From positions 1,024,001 through 1,088,000 of the forward strand of contig CAVWGN010000001.1 in assembly GCA_963754655.1 (NCBI GenBank): a stretch of 64,000 bases of DNA, given 5' to 3'. The notes beneath the pieces are model-generated. The model saw only the letters and a list, made by a program, of their open reading frames with translations, was not told the origin of the DNA and did not search any database. This DNA comes from an uncultured Chlamydiae bacterium. Its GTDB lineage: Bacteria > Chlamydiota > Chlamydiia > Chlamydiales > Parachlamydiaceae. The translations under genes were made by a program, and so were the position numbers. Of this stretch, positions 31,538 to 42,347 are shown piece by piece (positions within the stretch are counted from its first letter, which is position 1; each line of letters starts with the position of its first letter).

Positions 31538-32578
31538 ATGTCTATCACACTTGTCGTTCTCATTTTTTCCATTGGGCTGGTGATTATTTTTGATTTAGTC
31601 AATGGTTTTCACGATGCAGCCAATTCCATTGCAACTGTTGTTTCCACTCAGGTATTGCGACCTAGCACGGCTGTTTTATGGGCAGCTTTTTTTAATCTTA
31701 TTGCCATGTTTATTTTTCCCCCTAAAGTAGCAGATACTATCGCCAAAATAGTCAAAATTGGCTATTCAGATTTTCTTTATGTTTATGTCGTCCTATGCGG
31801 AGTCTTAAGCGCTTTAGGTTGGGGACTTTTGACATGGTGGTGGGGCTTGCCCATTAGCTCTTCACACGCTCTCATTGGCGGCATAGCGGGAGCTGGAATT
31901 GCCCATGCTGGATGGCAGGCATTAGAATGGGAGCTATTCCTTTTGACAATAGCCTTCATCGTCATTGCTCCTTTCATTGGTTTTGTATTGGGATCGGTTT
32001 TAATGTTTGCCATTTATTGGATTTTCCAGCATTGGCACCCAGGAGCCGTTGATCGATTATTTAGAAGGGGACAGCTCGTGTCAGCCGCCCTCTATTCTAT
32101 TGGACATGGAGCCAACGATGCCCAAAAGATGATGGGGATTATCTTGGCTTTATTACTTGCTTCAGGGCAAATTAGTCCAACAAGTTCTCTATCCCTCTGG
32201 AATCCTCAAACGTCTTGGATTATCCTCTCTTGCCAAATTGCCATGGGTTTAGGAACAGCTTTAGGAGGATGGCGAATAGTCAAGACAATGGGTATGAAAA
32301 TTACCAAGCTTGAACCTGTTGGAGGATTTTCTGCCGAGACCGGCGGCGCCCTTACTCTCTTCTTTGCTTCCTATTTTGGTATCCCTATCTCTACCACACA
32401 TACCATTGTAGGATCTATCATTGGAGTAGGAAGCATGAGCCATAAACTTTCCAATATTCGATGGACTATTGCTAAAAAAATTGTATGGGCTTGGATCTTG
32501 ACTATCCCTCTAACCGCCGGATGCGCTGCTCTCCTTTTTAAAATTGGGAGTTATGGATCTTTATTTACTCCATCCTAA
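31538..32578 (+). CDS. Inorganic phosphate transporter (PiT family)
   Basis: NGFHDAANSIAT, PISSSHALIG, HGANDAQK, PISTTH. Confidence 0.93.
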   Translation: MSITLVVLIFSIGLVIIFDLVNGFHDAANSIATVVSTQVLRPSTAVLWAAFFNLIAMFIFPPKVADTIAKIVKIGYSDFLYVYVVLCGVLSALGWGLLTWWWGLPISSSHALIGGIAGAGIAHAGWQALEWELFLLTIAFIVIAPFIGFVLGSVLMFAIYWIFQHWHPGAVDRLFRRGQLVSAALYSIGHGANDAQKMMGIILALLLASGQISPTSSLSLWNPQTSWIILSCQIAMGLGTALGGWRIVKTMGMKITKLEPVGGFSAETGGALTLFFASYFGIPISTTHTIVGSIIGVGSMSHKLSNIRWTIAKKIVWAWILTIPLTAGCAALLFKIGSYGSLFTPS

Positions 32579-32780
32579 TTATTCAACTATTGAGAATTTC
32601 CCTTTCTTTTATAAATACTTTTTTTAAATTAATAAAATGTTGATTAAAAAGCAATAAATCAATTATTATTAATTATTGTTTAAATTAGTTTTATATAATA
32701 TTAATACAAAATTTACAATTTGTCACTAAGCTTAGTGATTATTAATGTGTTTATTATTAAATGTAACTTTAAAGGTCATC

Positions 32781-34994
32781 ATGAACCATATTTTTAGCTA
32801 TACCGCTTCTCTTTCGCACTCTCTCTCCTCTATCTTTACACAACGGTTATTACCTGAATTAACTGCAAAACAGAAAAAAATACTGATTATTAGCTCGATA
32901 GCGATGAGCATACTGACAGCTTGTTTTCTTGTTTATCGATATTGTTTTCGTCAAAATCCTCGCGTACCCAATCACCCAAACGTTCATCCTTATATTGCTC
33001 CTAAGCCTCGAGTATATATTCCTCCTAGTCCTCGGGTATCACCGGTTAAAAATTTTTATGGCAGGTCTCAACTAAATCTTACCCCTAACCAGTCTCCTCA
33101 AGGTTTTTCTTTTAAACAGCCTCCAATCATTGATCCTCCAAAATCTTCAATTATTCAGGTAGATACCTCTCAAATTTCGCCTAGAACACTTGCTGCTATC
33201 TCTAAAGCCATGTTCCCATCTTCGCCAAAAGTTCTTTCTTCACCATCAGATCTAGGAGCAGGAGGGAATGCAGGTGTTGTGAAAGATCCTGTTGTAAATC
33301 CTCTCCATCAGACAAATGGGGTGATCAAACAACCAAGGAGAGTCCTAAGAACAGATCTAGAAGGTATGGAAGATGATATTAATGATTTTATGGAAGATTT
33401 AAAAACCGAACGACAAGTTTTAGACTTGTTCAGTCCGCTAAGCCCTTTAAAACAAAGCCAGCAAAATCAAAAGGATGTGGTAAAAAAAGACGATGCAAAA
33501 ACAGATGTAAAAGAAGATGAGCAAGATTTAAAAGATGAGGATGTTTTCGATCTGGCAGATGATGCGAATATGACAAATCCAACGGATGATCCAAGTTTAA
33601 CAGATCCAGTAGATAAGCGAAGTATTCAATCAGATGAAACAAAGCAAAGAGTTGTTCAATTGGAAAAAGATTTAGAAACAGCCTTAAAAGCTTATCCTGC
33701 GACGTTCCGTCAATATCTAGAGGATAAATTTACTGGTTATCAGCATAAGGACTTGCAAGATATTTACTATCACTTGGTGAAGTTTTCTGACTATATGGAT
33801 ACACAGGCAGATAACGAGGTATTCATTCATGATTGTTTAAAAGAAATGGATGCTTTTTTAACGCGCGCATTTTTTACTTCTCGGACTGAGATGTGTTTAC
33901 AAGAAGAAAAGAAAACGGATCTTATTGTTTTTCATAAATTCTTTGATATTGTTGAAAAGCATTTTAAAGTCCTTGAAAAGACGAATCCTCAATTAGCACT
34001 TAATCTCAAAGTGAAGCTTGCGAATCTTCCACTTAGGGATGAAGTGAATCGCTCTAAGGGGTTTCCTAATGTGTATTTAAAAGAGCAGGATCAATTAAGA
34101 ATTCTCATTGATCACTTCGAGAAAGAGGAAGAAAAACACATCACACTTGTGACTCAAAATTTACATAAAAAATTTACCGAAAACGATATTCACAAACTTT
34201 CGAAAATTGTTTCTAAAAAACAAACTCACTTGCGTATTGATCATAGGCAGAGGTTACAAGATGCGCTGATAAAACAGATGGGTCATAAAGCTCCGGCCAA
34301 TTGGGACGATAGTGCTGAAATTGAGAATGATTTAAAGAAGTTTTTTAAGCCGGTAAGCAGCAACAACAACCCTGGTTATCATTATAATTATGGAATGCAG
34401 ATAGATGATCAGGACATTCTTAGCCTTCACCGAGCAAACAAAGCAAAAGAATATTTTGCTAGCCAATTGAATTTAGATGAAGATCAAATTCAAATTCCTC
34501 GTTGGTACCATGCAACATCTTATCAGAATTTGAAGCCCATTATTGACTCAGGCAAAATTCTCGTCCTGCATAGACAAGCTTATAATGGGGCTTGGGTTTC
34601 TACTCAAAGAGAAATTAGCATGGGTGAGTGCGTTTTTGTGTTCAACCACCGCATTACAGAAATTGATCCAAACGTCTTTATTGGATACGAAAAAGGACAA
34701 GTCCGTTGGAGAGGTCTTCAAAAGGAAATTCCTTTGGCTGGTTCAAATAAAACAACAAATATGCATTTAGTGGGTTACAACAAGGATCTCAATACAAAAA
34801 CAAACAAAACGCAAATTATTACTAACTTGTCAAAGTCATTCAAAAATGTCAAAGTGGTTTCTGTCGACCAGATTGATTATCTGCAAAGAGAGATTATAAA
34901 GGTCATCGGCAATCCAAATCTAAGTGAAAAGTGGTGGGGTAAAGCTGATATTAGTGCTTTAGAAAAGCCACTCAATCAGCATCAACACATGTAA
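32781..34994 (+). CDS. Membrane-anchored hypothetical protein with C-terminal ART-like domain
   Basis: N-terminal TM (KKILIISSIAMSILTACFLVYRYCF), Pro/Ser-rich and acidic linkers, then WYHATS...IIDSGKI...GAWVST. Confidence 0.6.
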   Translation: MNHIFSYTASLSHSLSSIFTQRLLPELTAKQKKILIISSIAMSILTACFLVYRYCFRQNPRVPNHPNVHPYIAPKPRVYIPPSPRVSPVKNFYGRSQLNLTPNQSPQGFSFKQPPIIDPPKSSIIQVDTSQISPRTLAAISKAMFPSSPKVLSSPSDLGAGGNAGVVKDPVVNPLHQTNGVIKQPRRVLRTDLEGMEDDINDFMEDLKTERQVLDLFSPLSPLKQSQQNQKDVVKKDDAKTDVKEDEQDLKDEDVFDLADDANMTNPTDDPSLTDPVDKRSIQSDETKQRVVQLEKDLETALKAYPATFRQYLEDKFTGYQHKDLQDIYYHLVKFSDYMDTQADNEVFIHDCLKEMDAFLTRAFFTSRTEMCLQEEKKTDLIVFHKFFDIVEKHFKVLEKTNPQLALNLKVKLANLPLRDEVNRSKGFPNVYLKEQDQLRILIDHFEKEEEKHITLVTQNLHKKFTENDIHKLSKIVSKKQTHLRIDHRQRLQDALIKQMGHKAPANWDDSAEIENDLKKFFKPVSSNNNPGYHYNYGMQIDDQDILSLHRANKAKEYFASQLNLDEDQIQIPRWYHATSYQNLKPIIDSGKILVLHRQAYNGAWVSTQREISMGECVFVFNHRITEIDPNVFIGYEKGQVRWRGLQKEIPLAGSNKTTNMHLVGYNKDLNTKTNKTQIITNLSKSFKNVKVVSVDQIDYLQREIIKVIGNPNLSEKWWGKADISALEKPLNQHQHM

Positions 34995-35013
34995 GCCAAT
35001 AGGTAAAAAGTTT

Positions 35014-35038
35014 GCGAAGTCCACTTTGTGGACTTCGC
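35014..35038. terminator. Hairpin between convergent genes
   Basis: GCGAAGTCCAC-TTT-GTGGACTTCGC. Confidence 0.7.
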
Positions 35039-35089
35039 GCTTTGTTAAAGGTATAGAACAAATGCAGATGTTCCTATCCGATTAGCCTA

Positions 35090-35962
35090 TCAATCTTCAG
35101 CAGAGGTTTGTCCAATGACATCTTTCAGACGTCGGCCTTCTGTCAAATTGTGACCGGGTGGATGTTCCTCTAAATAAGCTTTAATTTTTACCATTCTGTG
35201 TTCTGGATAGGGATGCGTCAACAGCATTTCGGGTGTATGACCAGCAGGGACAGCCTTTTCCAAAATTTGCATGACCTCGAGCATCGCTTTAGGGTTATAG
35301 CCTGCTTCGGACATCAGTCGCAGCCCCCATTGGTCTGCTTGTAGCTCATCCTTCCGACTATAACGAAGTTGAATCGCTTGATTGACGACGCTAGCCATAG
35401 CTGTCGCTTGTTGTGCACGGCTGGGATGATCGGCATTGCTTGCGCCGACACCTGTTGCCATGACTAGGATTTGACCTAATTGTCCCTTGGTCATTTGTTG
35501 AGCAGAATGGCGTTCAATAACGTGCCCTGTTTCATGAGCTAAAACTCCAGCAAGCTGAGCTTCTGTTTCTAATTTATTCAAAAGTCCTAAAGTGATAAAA
35601 ATTTGACCGCCAGGTAAAGCGAATGCATTAATAGTCTTAGGATCAGCGAGTAAATGAAATTGAAAATGCCAAGGACCTCTATGTGCTTCAGTATGTGAGA
35701 TGATTTGCTGTCCAATTTTTTGCACTTCTTGCGTGCGCGGATCAGATGAAGAAATTTCTCCGCCCATCTGAGCAGCCATTCCAGGAGCTGCTTGCAAGCC
35801 CAGGCGAATTTCTTGTTGAGGTGAAATAGAAATGTGTTGTTCGACGCCTGTGATAGGATTTTTTTCTGTTTGAGTTAAATACATAAAAAAGCCTACAGCA
35901 GCAATAATAAGACCGATCAATAACCTCGATCCCCCTCTTTGTCCTTGATCATACATCCCCAT
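35090..35962 (-). CDS. M48 family zinc metallopeptidase
   Basis: INAFALPGG, LAHETGH, YSRKDELQAD, THP. Confidence 0.92.
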   Translation of the reverse strand: MGMYDQGQRGGSRLLIGLIIAAVGFFMYLTQTEKNPITGVEQHISISPQQEIRLGLQAAPGMAAQMGGEISSSDPRTQEVQKIGQQIISHTEAHRGPWHFQFHLLADPKTINAFALPGGQIFITLGLLNKLETEAQLAGVLAHETGHVIERHSAQQMTKGQLGQILVMATGVGASNADHPSRAQQATAMASVVNQAIQLRYSRKDELQADQWGLRLMSEAGYNPKAMLEVMQILEKAVPAGHTPEMLLTHPYPEHRMVKIKAYLEEHPPGHNLTEGRRLKDVIGQTSAED

Positions 35963-36182
35963 AACTCCTCCTCATACATGAATTCATCGATATATCAAAC
36001 TTATCAAATTTTATATAGTTATTCTCTCATGAAAATAAACTCAAATAGAAATTTTCTTCCTATCTTCCCTTTAACATTCCAAGAGGAATTTTAGTGTATT
36101 TAATTATGAAATTGATTATGAGTAAATTATTTGTCAAGGATGGCAAATTCGGAAATTAAATCCATCTTAAGGAGAAAATAAT

Positions 36183-36386
36183 ATGAAGCAATCTTTTATT
36201 TTATTTATTTGTTTATTTAGCGTTGGATTTTTACAAGCAGAATCTCTTTCAAATGGCTGCTGTGGTGGGAAGAAAAAGCATAAGTATAGAAAGCATCTTG
36301 AACAAGAAATTGTTTTTACTGGCTGTGGCTGCGGCGGTGGGGGTAGAGGCGGTTCAAATGAGATCCCTCCTGATAATCAAAAATAA
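36183..36386 (+). CDS. Small secreted Cys/Gly-rich protein
   Basis: AAGGAG RBS, signal peptide, CCGGKKK and GCGCGGGG motifs, downstream hairpin at ~36402-36433. Confidence 0.6.
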   Translation: MKQSFILFICLFSVGFLQAESLSNGCCGGKKKHKYRKHLEQEIVFTGCGCGGGGRGGSNEIPPDNQK

Positions 36387-36601
36387 AGAGTGAATTGTAT
36401 GATTCCATTCTAATCCTTAGCATTAGAATGGAATAAATCATCTAAGCTTTCATTTTTTCCTTTTTCCATTATTCATCAAGTTATAACGAAGTTAAGTCTT
36501 AAAATGATAAGATCTTTCTTGCAGTAATCATATCGATTTGATATCACTTAATTCTTTTGTGTAAAAGATTCTATAACCAGTCTTACTTATGAGAAAGGAT
36601 T

Positions 36602-37624
36602 ATGCGCTATTCTAGATATCTCTCTATCTTTTTATTAAGTTTAAGTACCGCCTGCTTATATGGTGGAAATGATACCGATTGTGTAAACCCTGGTCCTGAT
36701 TGCCCTGAACCTAAAACATGTGAAAGCCAACTTGATCTTGATTGTCGCCAAGATGATAGTCTTTATGATGATTATGATTGGTATGCAACAGCTCCTGAAA
36801 CCGATTATGAGTTTGCACGCGAACATCATTTACGGGGAATTTGGCTGCCTGAAGGACCTCCTGCTTTTCGTCCTTTTATTGCAGATCCTAGGCAACTGAC
36901 GTTTGGCTTAGGTTGGCGATTTAATGATCCCGTATTGGGAAAAAACCTTGTTCCTGTTTCCTTTGGAGATACTTTCCCCATCTATCGCTGGATTGACATT
37001 TGGTATTTTCGCGGAGATTTGCAATTAGAGATTGAAGGAGCGGTGTGGGCCATTTTTCAGCCCTTGCATGAATCTTCTCCATTAATAGATGCAGATTACT
37101 ATGTTGGATTTCCTTTGACTTATTTGTTTGGCAATTGGGCCTTTCGTTTAAGAGGTTATCATATTTCAACACATATTGGAGATGAGTTCCTTCTCGATCA
37201 TCCCCATTTTGATCGCCGCAATCCTAGTATTGAAGCGTTTGACTTGTATGTCTCTAATCAATTTACGAACGACATTCGTCTCTATGGAGGAATTGGATGG
37301 GTGGCTTGTCAGGATGATTCTTTTAGAGTGGGCCCTTTTTATTTCCAAGCAGGAGTTGAAATTCGCTTTTCTGAATTAGGATACCGAGATTATTGTAATC
37401 GTCTTTATGGCGAACCTTTTTTTGCCGTGGATGTCTACTATCAATCCCACTTTAAACATCATATTAATTCTACGTATGCTTTGGGATATGAATGGGGTAA
37501 AGTTTCGGGAATTCGCCGCAAATTCCGCTTATTTCTTGAATACCATGATGGTTATGCTATTGAAGGACAATTTTCTAAATTTCCGACACATTATTTGAGT
37601 ATTCGTGGAACTTATGGATTTTAA
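36602..37624 (+). CDS. DUF1207 family protein (chlamydial outer-membrane-like)
   Basis: Signal peptide; FRPFIADPRQ, LIDADYYVG, YHISTHIGDEF, C-terminal YGF. Confidence 0.8.
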   Translation: MRYSRYLSIFLLSLSTACLYGGNDTDCVNPGPDCPEPKTCESQLDLDCRQDDSLYDDYDWYATAPETDYEFAREHHLRGIWLPEGPPAFRPFIADPRQLTFGLGWRFNDPVLGKNLVPVSFGDTFPIYRWIDIWYFRGDLQLEIEGAVWAIFQPLHESSPLIDADYYVGFPLTYLFGNWAFRLRGYHISTHIGDEFLLDHPHFDRRNPSIEAFDLYVSNQFTNDIRLYGGIGWVACQDDSFRVGPFYFQAGVEIRFSELGYRDYCNRLYGEPFFAVDVYYQSHFKHHINSTYALGYEWGKVSGIRRKFRLFLEYHDGYAIEGQFSKFPTHYLSIRGTYGF

Positions 37625-37629
37625 TCAGT

Positions 37630-38499
37630 ATGAATCTTAATACTCCTCCCTCTGGTCGACCACCCTTATCGGAAAAAGATTTTATCCAAAATGGGTGGTC
37701 TTTGACCTCTTTGCCTTTTTGGCTCTGGATTGCTGTCACGACTTCCTTCATTGCCATTATTTGGGGATCAAGCGGATGGTATGAGGGTTTTCTTCAAAAG
37801 GAAAAAAGCCATGATCCTTTTCTTGAAGTGACCAACCGCGAATTTTCTGTGTTCTTATGGCAATTTCCCTCTTTTATGCGCGTTAATGCCAGCAAGAAAT
37901 CGGGTTATTTGCCAGGCTTTCTTGCGACTGGTGAGAATTTTAACCCCAGAACTGGGGAAGAATTTGTTTCTGCTCCACCCGATCTCATTTTTCTCTATCA
38001 TACTTGGCACCGTTTGCTTGCTCCTGAATTCATTGCTCGACCTATTAGCCCTAAAGAGTTTGAAGATTTTCTAGAGCAATTGCCAGAATGGAAGCCTATG
38101 AATTGGTCAAATGCCCCTGAAGCATATGTTCAATTAATTAATACTAAGGATTATACTAAAACTGAAAATTTACAAACCTTGCTTCCCACAACATTGCCTT
38201 TGATTGTTCGACAAGCGTATCAAGGATGGAAAAATTATTTTATAGAAGGAGCGCAAATTAATGACCTTCAACCGACGTTTGCTCAAGTGAAAACCTTTTT
38301 AGAAGATCATTCTCATTATGCATACAATTATTGGCGCAATATTCAAGAAATTAATGGGCAACAAGTGGCGGGTAAAGACTATTTATATGCATTTGTAAAT
38401 AGTACGTTTATTCCAGATGCCCATGTCCCAAAAGAAGAATTGGCCCCTTTTTTAAAAGTGGCCTTGTATAACGCAGAACAGGCGAAGCAAAATCGCTGA
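37630..38499 (+). CDS. Hypothetical membrane-anchored protein
   Basis: Clean 289-aa ORF with one N-terminal TM; 5-nt gap after the DUF1207 gene. Confidence 0.75.
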   Translation: MNLNTPPSGRPPLSEKDFIQNGWSLTSLPFWLWIAVTTSFIAIIWGSSGWYEGFLQKEKSHDPFLEVTNREFSVFLWQFPSFMRVNASKKSGYLPGFLATGENFNPRTGEEFVSAPPDLIFLYHTWHRLLAPEFIARPISPKEFEDFLEQLPEWKPMNWSNAPEAYVQLINTKDYTKTENLQTLLPTTLPLIVRQAYQGWKNYFIEGAQINDLQPTFAQVKTFLEDHSHYAYNYWRNIQEINGQQVAGKDYLYAFVNSTFIPDAHVPKEELAPFLKVALYNAEQAKQNR

Positions 38500-38516
38500 A
38501 AAAAAATTTAAATCCT

Positions 38517-40079
38517 CTATTCTATTTTTTGCTTTCCCGAAGCCGTGACAATCACGCGCGCCATTTGATTAGGGGCATAATGATAAGGCACAATCTGCAC
38601 ATCGACAATTTGAATGGCTTCCCGGTCTGCTCCCTTGTGAATGGCTAACTCTTTGGCTTGCTCTTGTAGAGAAGCTAAAACGTGATTGCGTTGATTAAGC
38701 GACACAACGGTATCAACTGTCGCGGCAATTTCAGCTAACGCGGCTCCATAGGCATTGGCAACGTGGGCATGAACCGGACGAAAAAAACGTGTTTCGCTTG
38801 GGGGCAACAAAGCAGCTCCTCCTCCAATCACTACAATAGGGAGGTGCGATTCATCTATTCCTCTTGTCCTTGTAATAAGATGTGAAAGTCTTTTCATCAC
38901 TTCTTGCATGACATTCTGACACTCTTCTTGAGATAGAGGGATGCAATCGAGGCATGCGTTTGGAATATTTAAATGTTGTAAAGCGAGGGCAATATCTGTC
39001 AGAGTTAAATGCGAACCTCCAAACACACAACTTTCTTCATGAATCCGCCTTCCACAACTTAGAGGCCCAATCTGCCACTGTTCTCTTTCACGTGAGACAT
39101 GGCTTCCTCCTCCCAAAGCAATAGATAAGACATCAGGCATTGAAAAGTTAAGTGTGATGCCTCCTATTTGCGAATTATTTAGCCGTCGTCTAGGATATCC
39201 CTTTCGTACAATGCCAATATCCGTTGATGTGCCTCCAATATCAATAACTAATGCATCGGTCAATTTGGCTAACTTGGCTCCTCCTATAAAAGAATTAGTG
39301 GGACCGGCGGAAATAGTTAAAACGGGATAATCTAAAGCGTGCTGCAAATCAATGAGACTGCCATTGTTTTGAGTGATCCATAATGGACACGATAATCCTA
39401 CCTGTTGTTTGATGCTTTCCAACTTTTCAAACCCGCTTGCCATGACTTTTTTGAGCGCTGCATTTAAAAGAGTAGAGTTTTCTCTTTCGATAAATCCAAT
39501 CCCACCTATTTCGTGGGAAAGCGAGAGAGGAATTTTTCTCCCTATGTAGGTTTCTGCAATGGCTTTAGCTTGATTTTCTTGATCTGCATTTAAAGGTGAA
39601 AAAACCCCTACAATCGCTAAACTCTCCACGCCTAATTCTTGGAGCTGATCAATGGCCTGTCTAATCTCATCAGGATTAAGAGGAGAAAGAGGAGTTCCAT
39701 CGCATTCGAATCCTCCTCCCACATTCACTTGCCATAATCCTAATGTTTTTTTTAATTCAGATGGCCAAGTGTACCCGGCAGGGAGGGAAAGAGGATGATA
39801 CCCTGCTAATCGAATGACTCCTACCCGGTAGAGATCTTTTTGTTGCAAGAGGGCATTAGTGGCATGAGTCGTTCCTAAATAAATTCCTTTTATTTGACTC
39901 AATTTTACTAGAGGGGTTTGTAAAAGCGTTTTCAATACAATTTCAAATCCTTCTTCCGTTTTTTCTGTTGTCGTTGTCTTTGTGGCAGCAACAATGTGAG
40001 AGTGTTCATCAACGAGTACGGCATCTGTATGGGTGCCTCCTATGTCGATACCAATTCGATAAAGAGAATGGGTAATCAT
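38517..40079 (-). CDS. Hydantoinase/oxoprolinase family protein
   Basis: IGIDIGGTHTDAV, LGTTHATNA, AGPTNS, DIGGTSTD, ANAYGAA. Start set at ATG 40079. Confidence 0.9.
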   Translation of the reverse strand: MITHSLYRIGIDIGGTHTDAVLVDEHSHIVAATKTTTTEKTEEGFEIVLKTLLQTPLVKLSQIKGIYLGTTHATNALLQQKDLYRVGVIRLAGYHPLSLPAGYTWPSELKKTLGLWQVNVGGGFECDGTPLSPLNPDEIRQAIDQLQELGVESLAIVGVFSPLNADQENQAKAIAETYIGRKIPLSLSHEIGGIGFIERENSTLLNAALKKVMASGFEKLESIKQQVGLSCPLWITQNNGSLIDLQHALDYPVLTISAGPTNSFIGGAKLAKLTDALVIDIGGTSTDIGIVRKGYPRRRLNNSQIGGITLNFSMPDVLSIALGGGSHVSREREQWQIGPLSCGRRIHEESCVFGGSHLTLTDIALALQHLNIPNACLDCIPLSQEECQNVMQEVMKRLSHLITRTRGIDESHLPIVVIGGGAALLPPSETRFFRPVHAHVANAYGAALAEIAATVDTVVSLNQRNHVLASLQEQAKELAIHKGADREAIQIVDVQIVPYHYAPNQMARVIVTASGKQKIE

Positions 40080-40081
40080 AA

Positions 40082-41158
40082 TCAAATCGCTCCTTGTTTT
40101 TGAGGACAAATAGGGGTATAACTTACATTTAACCCGAAGGCTTGAGGACCTACTAAGGTAAGGCCTTGAGGTGTCTGCCACAAGGGGGGAGAAGGTAAAG
40201 CAATTAGCTCAACATGCAATCCAAACTGTAAAGATTCGCTTGTGATTGGTCGTCCGGTATCTTGCTCAAATAACATCAGAATATCAGGAGTAGTCGCTAA
40301 GGTTTTTTCTTGGCAAGTTACCATCAAATATTCATTTTGATATATTAGCTTCCATTGGATGGCGCCTTCTTGAATTGTGACATTCCCAATTAAAAACCCT
40401 TGCTCAACCTTCTGTTGAATATCAGTAATTTTGCCGGCCCCCAATCGTACCCCACCCATCAAATTCAACACAGCTTCTATTGGAGAGCTTTTTTGTTCTT
40501 GTGCTTTTAAAAATGCATGTCCAATTGCAATCGCTTGCGATAAGCTACCTTGGATGGTTGCATAAGTTGCCTGCTGACCAGATAGAAGGTATAAGGCCAC
40601 GGCACAACAAGAGCCCATTGCAATAGTTGTTTGACGAGCAAGCTTTTCAAGAGCGAAAGAATTTTTGGCATGCACTGACACTGTGTTTCCAAAACAATCA
40701 GTGAGGAAAGCGGGTGCTGAAGAAATGCCATGCAAGTGACAGGAACTCATTTGCAATTCAGGAAAGGCGCGTCCAATCATATCTGCATCAAGAACAGGAA
40801 GGCCAAGTTGGCATGCAGCAATTAATGGGGTAAAGGCATTACTTCCCCCAATTTCTGCTGCCATTAACACATTAGCTGGATGTCCAACCGTTTGTTGTAA
40901 AATGGGAAGCATTTCTATGAATTCGCGGCCGCTGGGAATTTTTTCAATGCCAACTAAAGGGGCTCCCATGAAAGCTAGGGGAACAACTAAAGTATCCGGT
41001 TCTAATTCATCAATACTCATGAGAGTAATGGGACCCTGGCGCTCCATTTGATATTTAGCCATCCAAATATCATATGTCGGATCTCCTCCGCCTCCTGAAC
41101 CCAAGATGGCACTTCCAATGGCAAGGCAGTCAAGATCATAATGCGTAAGCTTTTTCAT
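40082..41158 (-). CDS. DUF917 family protein (S-methyl thiohydantoin desulfurase-like)
   Basis: ILGSGGGGDP, MGAP, EIGGSN, DADMIGRAFPELQM, QNEY, PDIL. Confidence 0.88.
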   Translation of the reverse strand: MKKLTHYDLDCLAIGSAILGSGGGGDPTYDIWMAKYQMERQGPITLMSIDELEPDTLVVPLAFMGAPLVGIEKIPSGREFIEMLPILQQTVGHPANVLMAAEIGGSNAFTPLIAACQLGLPVLDADMIGRAFPELQMSSCHLHGISSAPAFLTDCFGNTVSVHAKNSFALEKLARQTTIAMGSCCAVALYLLSGQQATYATIQGSLSQAIAIGHAFLKAQEQKSSPIEAVLNLMGGVRLGAGKITDIQQKVEQGFLIGNVTIQEGAIQWKLIYQNEYLMVTCQEKTLATTPDILMLFEQDTGRPITSESLQFGLHVELIALPSPPLWQTPQGLTLVGPQAFGLNVSYTPICPQKQGAI

Positions 41159-41159
41159 T

Positions 41160-42347
41160 TTATTTTCTTCCGATTAAAAAAATTAAAGTTATAAGCAAGG
41201 TTGCTAAAAAAGTATCTACTGTGGCTATCGCAGTGCCCGGCAATAAATGGCATAAGCTTGCGAATCCAATTAAAATCCCTCCTCCCCAAGCTTGGAGATG
41301 CAAGCGTTGATCAAGAGACTTGCATTCTGGGATCCATTTCCTTAAGAGTGCGCGGGTAAGAATCACAGCTCCCATGCTGGCTAGCAAAATTCCTAAGATA
41401 TCGAGTATCTTTTCAAAATGTGCCAATAAATCGAAGCACGATATTCCTGTCCCCACCAGCCCTAAGCCTAACATGCGTTTTTCTTCGTTAAGTTTAGGGA
41501 AAAGAAGGCTTAGGCTTGCGGCACCCGAATAAAGATTAGTATTATTCGTCGTCCAACCTGCCAGCAGCAAAAAGAGAGCAATCCACCCATTCCACCAAGG
41601 ATAAGCAGGATGTTTAAGATGATCGATCAGTTGATCTCCTGCGCCATGAGAAGCAAGGTAAACTCCAGTGGCTTCAATAAGCGGAAGAGTGATTCCAAAT
41701 ATTAGCACAAGGCTAATCCATCCATCTTGAGCTGTGCGAGCATGCCGAAAATAAGTGGGTAGATCAATGACTGCTGCAATTGCTGCCGCCACAATCAACG
41801 ATGTACCTTTCCAAGAAAATGGCAGAGTCTCATTGATTTGAGCATTCTCTTGCATGTAAAGAGCATATCCGAGCGTTAGGACCAGAATAGGCAAACTCAT
41901 ATTGGCCAATTGATGAATCGCACGAATTCCATATAAAGCGACACCTGTGATGAAGCAACCGAGTCCCATATTGATCCAAAGGGGGGAAAAAGTTCTTTCC
42001 CCTAAATAGGCTGACATTACCTCTAAAATGCTTTGGCTCATCACATTGAGTTGGATGCCAAACCATCCCAGCATGGAGAATGCCATTGCAAAAGCTAGAA
42101 GCAAGATTCCTTTGGATCCAAAATAGAGAGAAGCATGTTCTATCGTTGTGAAGCGTCCTGGATAGCTAATGCGAAACATGAGCAATGCTAAGCCCAAAAG
42201 CACAGCATTGCCTAATGCAATTGCTACCCAAGCAGAGAGCAACCCATAGGTTTGGCCTAGAGTATGCCCAACCATGATCATTGGAAGGCAAATTGCTCCT
42301 CCAATTTGAATGCTTGCGAGCTGCCTCCAGTTTTGAGTCACAATCAT
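41160..42347 (-). CDS. NCS1 / cytosine-purine permease
   Basis: GWFGIQ, WTTNNTNLYS, many TM helices. Confidence 0.85.
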   Translation of the reverse strand: MIVTQNWRQLASIQIGGAICLPMIMVGHTLGQTYGLLSAWVAIALGNAVLLGLALLMFRISYPGRFTTIEHASLYFGSKGILLLAFAMAFSMLGWFGIQLNVMSQSILEVMSAYLGERTFSPLWINMGLGCFITGVALYGIRAIHQLANMSLPILVLTLGYALYMQENAQINETLPFSWKGTSLIVAAAIAAVIDLPTYFRHARTAQDGWISLVLIFGITLPLIEATGVYLASHGAGDQLIDHLKHPAYPWWNGWIALFLLLAGWTTNNTNLYSGAASLSLLFPKLNEEKRMLGLGLVGTGISCFDLLAHFEKILDILGILLASMGAVILTRALLRKWIPECKSLDQRLHLQAWGGGILIGFASLCHLLPGTAIATVDTFLATLLITLIFLIGRK

